From: Novosphingobium sp.
GTDB lineage: Bacteria > Pseudomonadota > Alphaproteobacteria > Sphingomonadales > Sphingomonadaceae
Reading direction: 5' to 3'
Length of the DNA: 63,907 nucleotides
NCBI GenBank assembly: GCA_031410955.1
Contig: JANOAD010000255.1
Location: 1-63,907, forward strand
The notes beneath the pieces are model-generated. The model was not told where the DNA came from, ran no database searches, and saw only the letters and a list, made by a program, of their open reading frames with translations. Within the stretch, counting starts at the first letter, position 1. Every line of letters begins with the position of its first letter. The translations under genes and the position numbers were made by a program. This document shows positions 57,645 to 63,907 of this stretch, piece by piece.

Positions 57645-58844
57645 ATGTCCGAGGAATTCTACCGCATCAAGCGACTGCCGCCCTATGTCATCGCCGAAGT
57701 CAACGGCATGCGGGCAGCGGCGCGCGCCGCCGGTAGGGACATCATCGATCTTGGCATGGGCAACCCCGACCTGCCCCCGCCCGCGCACGTAATCGACAAG
57801 CTGTGCGAGGTTGCGCGCAAGGCCGATGCGCACGGCTATTCGGCCAGTTCGGGTATTCCCGGCATCCGCAAGGCGCAGGCCAATTACTACGCGCGCCGCT
57901 TCGGGGTTGAGGTCGATCCCGAGAGCGAAGTGGTCATGACCATGGGCTCGAAGGAAGGGCTCGCCAGCCTCGCCACCGCGATCACCGCGCCCGGCGACGT
58001 GGTGCTGGCGCCCAACCCGAGCTATCCGATCCACACCTTCGGCTTCATCATCGCGGGCGCGACGATCCGCTCGGTGCCGACCGCGCCGGACGAAAATTAC
58101 TGGCGCGCACTCGACCGGGCGATGGCCTTCACCGTGCCGCGCCCGTCGATCCTGATCGTCAACTATCCCTCGAACCCCACTGCCGAGACGGTCGACCTCG
58201 CCTTTTACGAACGGCTGGTCGCCTGGGCTAAGGAGAACGGGGTTTGGATCATTTCGGACCTCGCCTATTCGGAACTCTATTACGACGGAAACCCGACCGT
58301 CTCGATCTTGCAGGTGCCGGGTGCGAAGGACGTTGCGATCGAATTCACCTCGATGTCGAAAACCTTCTCGATGGCCGGCTGGCGGGTCGGTTTCGCGGTG
58401 GGCAATGCGCGGCTGATGGCGGCATTGAAGCGGGTCAAAAGCTACCTCGATTATGGGGCCTTCACCCCGATCCAGGCTGCCGCTTGCGCTGCGCTCAACG
58501 GCCCGCAGGACATCGTCGAGGCGAACCGGGTGCTCTACCAGAAGCGCCGCGACGTGCTGGTCGAAAGCTTCGCCCGCGCCGGGTGGGACATCCCCAGCCC
58601 CAAGGCTTCGATGTTCGCCTGGGCGCCGCTGCCGCCGGCGCTGAAAGAAATGGGCAGCCTCGAATTTTCCAAGCAGCTGCTCACCCATGCCGAAGTCGCG
58701 GTCGCGCCCGGAGTCGGCTACGGCGAGGAAGGCGAGGGCTATGTCCGCATCGCGCTGGTCGAGAACGAACAAAGGTTGCGCCAGGCCGCACGTAACGTGC
58801 GGCGCTATTTGCAGTCGATGGGGGTCAACAGCTCGGCCGCCTGA
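57645..58844 (+). CDS. Class I/II PLP aminotransferase (AlaC/LL-DAP aminotransferase-like)
   Basis: RIKRLPPYV, IIDLGMGNPD, NYPSNPT, SDLAY, SMSKTFSMAGWRVG. Confidence 0.9.
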   Translation: MSEEFYRIKRLPPYVIAEVNGMRAAARAAGRDIIDLGMGNPDLPPPAHVIDKLCEVARKADAHGYSASSGIPGIRKAQANYYARRFGVEVDPESEVVMTMGSKEGLASLATAITAPGDVVLAPNPSYPIHTFGFIIAGATIRSVPTAPDENYWRALDRAMAFTVPRPSILIVNYPSNPTAETVDLAFYERLVAWAKENGVWIISDLAYSELYYDGNPTVSILQVPGAKDVAIEFTSMSKTFSMAGWRVGFAVGNARLMAALKRVKSYLDYGAFTPIQAAACAALNGPQDIVEANRVLYQKRRDVLVESFARAGWDIPSPKASMFAWAPLPPALKEMGSLEFSKQLLTHAEVAVAPGVGYGEEGEGYVRIALVENEQRLRQAARNVRRYLQSMGVNSSAA

Positions 58845-58924
58845 AGGGGCGGCTTTCCCTCTGCTTTCCGCAGCGCTTCTCTTGCGTACCGCGCGGGAAT
58901 TGTGCAGCCATAGCCAGTGGGGGT

Positions 58925-59728
58925 ATGGCGAGGCAACTGCCGTACGCCATGGTCACACACCCATTCCACGCGCCCTGTGAGGTTGCCTTGCGGTTGTTTC
59001 GCTGGTTATCGGTCGGTCCGATCCCGACGGCTTACGACCTGCGCCGTTTGGGCTGGCAATTGCTTGTCGATGAACGATCTTCCGGTCCCGATGTGGCCCA
59101 TGCCCAGCTTGGCCGGCTTTACGACATACCGATGCCGCAGTGGCTCAGCCTGGCCGGTGCCAACCTCGCCCAGCGCAAATGGATGATGATGATCGACGTG
59201 CCCGAATCGCAGGACCGGGCGCGGCTGCTGCGGCTCGGATTCGGGGATGCGCTGGGCTACGGCTCCTCGCTCGACGAGCTCGAATCTCGTGTCATGCGCC
59301 TTGCCCAACATGCCGAGTCGCTGCCGCGCTATCGTCCGCACGGTGCGGTGAAGCTTGATCTTCTCGCCCGCGATGCCTTCGTCGCCGGCCGGGCTGTCGG
59401 CCTCCATCCGCGCGAGTTCGCGCTGCTCTGGCGTTTGGCCGAGGAACCGGGGGAGGCGGTTTCCACTGTTGAGCTCTTGTATGATGTCTGGCGCCTGTCG
59501 TTCCGGCCAGAGACCAACAGCCTGGCGGTGCATTTGAGCCGCCTGCGCGCCAAGCTGCGCACCGCCGGGGTCGACGGATTGGTCGAGACGCTGCCCGGCG
59601 GGAGTTACCGCCTGAGCGGCCTCGACCGCTCTGCCGGCACCGAATTCGCACTGGACGATTACACCCGATTGCGCGAGGAGCCGTTCCCAGCACTGGCCGG
59701 AATGCAGGATCACACAGCATGGACTTGA
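58925..59728 (+). CDS. OmpR-type winged-helix protein with degenerate receiver region
   Basis: C-terminal LHPREFALLWRL...LLYDVW...TNSLAVHLSRLRAKL...VETLPGGSY; no acidic pocket recognisable; start uncertain. Confidence 0.7.
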   Translation: MARQLPYAMVTHPFHAPCEVALRLFRWLSVGPIPTAYDLRRLGWQLLVDERSSGPDVAHAQLGRLYDIPMPQWLSLAGANLAQRKWMMMIDVPESQDRARLLRLGFGDALGYGSSLDELESRVMRLAQHAESLPRYRPHGAVKLDLLARDAFVAGRAVGLHPREFALLWRLAEEPGEAVSTVELLYDVWRLSFRPETNSLAVHLSRLRAKLRTAGVDGLVETLPGGSYRLSGLDRSAGTEFALDDYTRLREEPFPALAGMQDHTAWT

Positions 59729-60531
59729 CCGTTACCCCGCAGGATCGCGTAGCCATCACCATCGACGAACAGGGCGTGGCGCATGTCCGCCTCGTCCGCG
59801 CCGACAAGATGAACGCCCTGGATCCGGACATGTTTGCCGCGCTGCTCAATGCCGGGCACCAGCTCCACCAGGCCAGGGGGCTGCGTGCGGTGGTGCTTTC
59901 GGGTGAAGGACGCAGCTTCTGCGCCGGGCTCGACATGGGCAGCATGGCCAACACCGCGCGGCACGATCGCGAACCACTGACGACCCGCACTCACGGCAAC
60001 GCCAACCAGCCGCAGCAGGTCGCGATGCAGTGGCGCAAGCTCCCGGTCCCGGTCATCGCGGCGGTGCACGGGGTGTGCTTCGGCGGCGGGCTTCAGGTGG
60101 CTTGCGGGGCCGATGTGCGCGTCGTTGCCCCCGATGCCCGGATGGCAGTGATGGAACTGAAATGGGGCCTGGTGCCCGATATGGCCGGTTACGCGCTGTG
60201 GCGCGGCACGGTGCGCGATGACGTGCTGCGCGAGCTGACCTACACCAACCGTGAGTTCACCGGTGAGCAGGCGGGCGAATACGGCTTTGCGACGATCGTC
60301 GATGCCAACCCGCTGGCCCGCGCCCAGGCGATCGCCGCCGACATCGCCAATCGCCACCCCCAGGCCCAGCGCGCCGCCAAGCGGCTGTTTGGTCAATACC
60401 TCCACGCCTCGGTCGACGAGATCCTGATGGCTGAGAGCATCGAGCAGCAGGCCTTGATCGGCAGCAAGAACCAGATCGAGGCGGTGATGAGCCAGATGGA
60501 AAAGCGTAAGGGCCAGTTCGTCGATCCGTGA
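59719..60531 (+). CDS. Crotonase/enoyl-CoA hydratase family protein
   Basis: RADKMNALD, FCAGLD, PVPVIAAVHGVCFGGG, ELKWGLVPD. Confidence 0.9.
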   Translation: MDLTVTPQDRVAITIDEQGVAHVRLVRADKMNALDPDMFAALLNAGHQLHQARGLRAVVLSGEGRSFCAGLDMGSMANTARHDREPLTTRTHGNANQPQQVAMQWRKLPVPVIAAVHGVCFGGGLQVACGADVRVVAPDARMAVMELKWGLVPDMAGYALWRGTVRDDVLRELTYTNREFTGEQAGEYGFATIVDANPLARAQAIAADIANRHPQAQRAAKRLFGQYLHASVDEILMAESIEQQALIGSKNQIEAVMSQMEKRKGQFVDP

Positions 60532-61106
60532 GCTGGCCAGATTGTCACCGCCTCGATGCGACCCCGCTTCTGCCGTTCGGATGGCTGGAACCGGTCGCGC
60601 AACTTGCTGCCGGGCCGGACTTGACTGGCTTGATCGCCGAACCGGACTGGCATTTCGCGGTGGTGACCGGCAACGTTGTTACCCGGCGCCTCGATTGGCT
60701 GTGGCGACTTTATCACGGCGCGTTCCGCGACTTTGCCGGCAAAGCATTTGGGCGGCCGCTTTACCCGTCCAACCGCCGCGATGCGACCATCACGCTAAAC
60801 GTGTTGGCTGGAACGGGGGCGACCAATGTCTGGCATCGCGACGCCAATTCCGTGACGGGCGTGTTGTTCGTCACCGGACATACTGCGGAAGATGGCGGTG
60901 CCTTGGAGTTCCGCGACGAGACGCATCGTACCGCCGAAGTTCTGCCGTTGCCCGGCCTGTTCGTCTGCTTTCCCGGCACTGCTGAACATCGCGTCGCGCC
61001 GTTGCAAGGTCCGCTCACCCGGCTGGCTTTCGCCATGACCTTTTACGCCAGCCCCGAGGACCAGCCTTTTGCCAGTCAGGGCGAAAGGTATGAGCGGCCC
61101 GATTGA
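60528..61106 (+). CDS. Putative 2OG-Fe(II) oxygenase
   Basis: WHRD (HxD), DGGALEF, distal EHRVAP, and the 2OG-binding R in TRLAF; GTGA overlap with the crotonase gene. Confidence 0.65.
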   Translation: MSWPDCHRLDATPLLPFGWLEPVAQLAAGPDLTGLIAEPDWHFAVVTGNVVTRRLDWLWRLYHGAFRDFAGKAFGRPLYPSNRRDATITLNVLAGTGATNVWHRDANSVTGVLFVTGHTAEDGGALEFRDETHRTAEVLPLPGLFVCFPGTAEHRVAPLQGPLTRLAFAMTFYASPEDQPFASQGERYERPD

Positions 61107-61113
61107 CTAACCG

Positions 61114-61151
61114 CCTTCAATTCAATAATTCAACGATTATTGAATTGAAGG
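61114..61151. promoter_or_regulatory. ArsR operator (perfect 16-6-16 inverted repeat)
   Basis: CCTTCAATTCAATAAT-TCAACG-ATTATTGAATTGAAGG immediately upstream of arsR. Confidence 0.8.
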
Positions 61152-61159
61152 TTGAAGCA

Positions 61160-61480
61160 ATGTCCCCCGATGAAACCGTCCGCGCGCTGGGCGCCTTGGC
61201 GCAAGGGCATCGCCTCGCCGCGTTCCGCTTGTTGGTCCAGGCGGGGCGTGAAGGGCTGGCGGCGGGAGCACTGGCGCAGGCGGTGGGGATAACGCCCAGC
61301 TCGCTCAGCTTTCATCTCGCCCAGCTCGGCCACGCCGGATTGATCGAGCAGCGCCGCGCGGGCCGTTCGCTGATCTATTCCGCGAACTTTGCCGCGATGA
61401 ACGAGGTGCTCGCCTACCTCACCGATAATTGCTGTGCAGGTGCCGAATGCGGTGCGCCGGCGCCGGCCGACTGCGGCTGA
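61160..61480 (+). CDS. arsR: ArsR family repressor with C-terminal Cys cluster
   Basis: LGALAQGHRLAAFRLLVQAG, SSLSFHL, GRSLIY, YLTDNCCAGAEC. Confidence 0.9.
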   Translation: MSPDETVRALGALAQGHRLAAFRLLVQAGREGLAAGALAQAVGITPSSLSFHLAQLGHAGLIEQRRAGRSLIYSANFAAMNEVLAYLTDNCCAGAECGAPAPADCG

Positions 61481-61481
61481 A

Positions 61482-61586
61482 ATGGTCGTGGCGTCCACAG
61501 TGTTGGCGCTCGATCTCGAACACATGGACCGCGTCTCGGCGCATGCGTCCATCGCCGCTATCGGGACAATGGAAGGAGTAGGATGA
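61482..61586 (+). pseudogene. 34-codon relic resembling the C-terminal helix of LMW-type arsenate reductase ArsC
   Basis: MVVASTVLALDLEHMDRVSAHASIAAIGTMEGVG*; occupies the arsC position and its stop overlaps the aquaporin ATG (ATGA). Confidence 0.45.
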
Positions 61587-62227
61587 GGAAGCAACTTGTC
61601 GCCGAGGCGCTCGGCAGCTTCCTGCTTTTCGCCACCGTGATCGGCTCGGGGATCATGGCTGAGCGACTGTCGGGCGGGAATGACGCGGTGGCCTTACTTG
61701 GCAATACCGCTGCGACTGCGGCGATGCTTTACGTTCTGATCGCGATGCTCGGGCCGCCATCGGGCGCGCATTTCAATCCGGCGGTGAGCCTGGTGATGCG
61801 ACTGCGCGGTGAACTGACCACGGCGCAGCTGCTGGGCTATGTGGCGGTGCAGATCGTGGTCGGGATCCTTGGTGCCTGGGCGGCGCATGCGATGTTCGAC
61901 CTGCCGATCATCCAGTTTTCGCAGCACGTGCGCAGCGGGCCGGGGCAGTGGCTGAGCGAGTTCATCGCGACCTTCGGGCTGGTGCTGACGATCCTGCTGA
62001 CGATCCGCCACCGCCCCGAAAGCGTCCCCGCCAGCGTCGCGCTGTACATTGCCGCCGCCTATTGGTTCACCTCTTCGACCAGCTTCGCCAACCCCGCGAT
62101 TACGCTGGCGCGCAGCCTCAGCGACACCTTCGCGGGTATTGCGCCCAGCTCGGTGCCGGGATTTATCGTCGCGCAGTTTGCCGGGGCTTTGGCGGCGCAC
62201 TTCGCGGCGCGGACCTTGTTCGACTAG
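61583..62227 (+). CDS. MIP family aquaglyceroporin, AqpS-like (arsenite channel)
   Basis: VIGSGIMAERL, SGAHFNPAV, YWFTSSTSFANPA; downstream of arsR. Confidence 0.88.
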   Translation: MRKQLVAEALGSFLLFATVIGSGIMAERLSGGNDAVALLGNTAATAAMLYVLIAMLGPPSGAHFNPAVSLVMRLRGELTTAQLLGYVAVQIVVGILGAWAAHAMFDLPIIQFSQHVRSGPGQWLSEFIATFGLVLTILLTIRHRPESVPASVALYIAAAYWFTSSTSFANPAITLARSLSDTFAGIAPSSVPGFIVAQFAGALAAHFAARTLFD

Positions 62228-62311
62228 CCGAGCCGCTCCACCGCCGCCCCGGGCGATCGGTTCTTGCGCCGCGCTTGGCAAGCACCGGCAGAGTGGCTAC
62301 CCCGCACGACG

Positions 62312-63694
62312 ATGAAAGCACTGCGCGACCCCGATCGACTGCTCAGCGATGGGCTCGCTGCCATCCGCGGCCAGTTCAAGGTTCCCGGCACCTTTCCGGC
62401 CGAGGTCGACGCTGCGGCCAAGACCGCCGCGGAGCGCGCGCCGGGCGAACACAAGGACCGCACCGCCGAGGCCTTCGTCACGCTCGACCCGGCCAGTTCG
62501 ACCGACCTCGACCAGGCCTTCACGATCGAGACGGCAGGCAGCGACCTGCTGCTCCACTATGCGATCGCCGACGTGGCGTGGTTTGTCGGCGATAGCGATC
62601 CGGTCGACACCGAGGCCTGGACCCGCGGCGAAACGCTGTACCTGCCCGATGGCAAGTCCGGGCTTTACCCCCGGGTCCTGTCCGAAGGCGCGGCGAGCCT
62701 GCTGCCCGACGGTCCGCGTCCGGCGGTGGTGTTCACCACGCGGGTCGCCCCGGATGGTTCGGTCAAGCTCGAAGGGGCGGAACGCGCGGTGATCCAGAGC
62801 CGCGCGAAGCTGGCTTACGAGACCGCGACCGAAGCCCAGCTCCCCGCCGGGTTCGCCGAATTGTCGCGGCGCATCACCACGGCCGAGGCGGCGCGCGGTG
62901 CGGCGCGGGTCGATCCGCCCGAACAGGAAGTCGAGGCTGCCGATGGCCACTTCAACCTGGTGTTGCGCCCGCAGAGCCTGTCGGAGCAGCGCAATGCCGC
63001 CTTGTCGCTCGCCACCAACCTTGCGGTGGCGGACGCGCTCTATGCCGCCAAGACCGGGCTGTTTCGCGTGATGGCCGGGCCCGATGACCGTGCGGTGGCA
63101 AGATTGCGGCACATTGCCGCGGCCTTGGGGCTCGACTGGGCGGTATCGCTCAGCCTGCAGCAATTCGAGAAGACGCTCGATCGGCAAATGCCGCATGCCG
63201 CGGCCTTCATGCTGGCGATGCGCCGTGCGGGCAACGGGGCGAGCTATGTGCCCTATCAGGAGGGTGTCAAACCGTGGCACGCGGCGATGGCGGCGACCTA
63301 TTGCCACATGACCGCGCCGCTGCGGCGGCTGGCGGACCGTTATGTGGTGCGCGCCGCGCTGGCGGTGGCGAATGGCCAGCCGGTTCCCGCGCTGGTGAGC
63401 GAGGCTTTCCAGAAGCTCGGCCCGGTGATGGGCAAGGCCGACGCCCGCGCCAGCCAGATCGAACGCGCGGTGATCGATCTGGCCGAAGCCGCCATGCTCA
63501 GCGGGCGTGAGGGCGAGACCTTTTCAGCCGTCATCACCGACGTTGACGAGATCGGCGCGCGGATGCAGCTGTGCGACGTACCGGTCCTCGCCCGGGTCGC
63601 CGCACACAGCGTAACGCCGGGAGAAAAGATTACCGTCCGGCTGGTCAGCGCTGACCCGGTCAAGCGCCAGATCAGCTTCTCCCGGATTGCCTAA
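62312..63694 (+). CDS. RNB domain exoribonuclease (RNase II/R family, short form)
   Basis: TLDPASSTDLDQA, AIADV, RGETLYLP, HMTAPLRRLADR, C-terminal S1-like domain. Confidence 0.88.
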   Translation: MKALRDPDRLLSDGLAAIRGQFKVPGTFPAEVDAAAKTAAERAPGEHKDRTAEAFVTLDPASSTDLDQAFTIETAGSDLLLHYAIADVAWFVGDSDPVDTEAWTRGETLYLPDGKSGLYPRVLSEGAASLLPDGPRPAVVFTTRVAPDGSVKLEGAERAVIQSRAKLAYETATEAQLPAGFAELSRRITTAEAARGAARVDPPEQEVEAADGHFNLVLRPQSLSEQRNAALSLATNLAVADALYAAKTGLFRVMAGPDDRAVARLRHIAAALGLDWAVSLSLQQFEKTLDRQMPHAAAFMLAMRRAGNGASYVPYQEGVKPWHAAMAATYCHMTAPLRRLADRYVVRAALAVANGQPVPALVSEAFQKLGPVMGKADARASQIERAVIDLAEAAMLSGREGETFSAVITDVDEIGARMQLCDVPVLARVAAHSVTPGEKITVRLVSADPVKRQISFSRIA

Positions 63695-63699
63695 CCACC

Positions 63700-63728
63700 T
63701 TGCACCTGCGGCAATGCTCGGCTAGTGG
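63700..63728 (+). promoter_or_regulatory. Sigma70-type promoter of tRNA-Cys
   Basis: TTGCAC-N17-TAGTGG upstream of the tRNA. Confidence 0.55.
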
Positions 63729-63757
63729 CGCCATCCTGCGCTTCAGCCGCAGCACGA

Positions 63758-63831
63758 GGCCCGATGGCGGAGTGGTTACGTAGCGGACTGCAAATCCGCG
63801 CACGCCGGTTCGATTCCGGCTCGGGCCTCCA
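63758..63831 (+). tRNA. tRNA-Cys (anticodon GCA)
   Basis: Acceptor GGCCCGA/TCGGGCC, anticodon stem GCGGA/TCCGC with loop CTGCAAA, T-arm GCCGG-TTCGATT-CCGGC, CCA end. Confidence 0.95.
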
Positions 63832-63907
63832 ACTTTTCAGGGTGCGCTGATCGCATCCGCGTTCATCTAGCAACACCAGCCCGCTCCCCCGGCCCAACTG
63901 CCCTCAG

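Noticed and set aside
62312-63694. RNB nuclease as catalytically dead (DLDQ instead of DxDD)
   Set aside because: The essential Asp equivalent appears retained, and I recall the DQ variant in this short subfamily; not evidence of inactivity.
42042-63907. tRNA-anchored genomic island or prophage
   Set aside because: No integrase and no duplicated tRNA 3' end noticed; tRNA-Gln is flanked by core genes, and only 76 bp follow tRNA-Cys.

Overview
GC-rich alphaproteobacterial chromosome, most consistent with Sphingomonadales (Novosphingobium-like). This is inferred from gene content, codon style and repeat types. About 1-26 kb is a methylated-amine catabolic region of two convergent operons. Operon A (+): dimethylglycine-dehydrogenase-like flavoprotein (5'-truncated by the window), GbcA/Stc2-type Rieske demethylase, cupin, soxBDAG, BCCT transporter, betA and an uncharacterised FAD oxidoreductase, followed by a LysR gene and a secreted alpha/beta hydrolase. 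Operon B (-): a second Rieske demethylase, PLP Cys/Met-metabolism lyase, opine-oxidase/HcnBC-like pair and a second, divergent soxBDAG, with a divergent GcvA-like LysR and an AceE/MdeB-like TPP enzyme alongside. The rest is mostly housekeeping: pgl, dinB, MFS, glpD, acyl-CoA carboxylase alpha/beta, dihaem cytochrome c, rlmE, ppx, tRNA-Gln, LOG, thiD, glmM, DAACS symporter, a probable sphingolipid locus (bCerS-like GNAT, desaturase, lptFG), clpS, phasin/phaC, aminotransferase, crotonase, arsR-aquaglyceroporin, RNB nuclease and tRNA-Cys. No CRISPR array, transposase, integrase or prophage was seen. Best leads: operon B as an undescribed N/S-methyl-amino-acid pathway; a desaturase inside the ceramide synthase/lptFG locus; a low-GC in-frame segment in the carboxylase alpha gene flanked by palindromic repeats; a two-start phasin with a histone-H1-like tail; and an arsC relic. 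All product calls come from motif recognition by eye, with no database searches.
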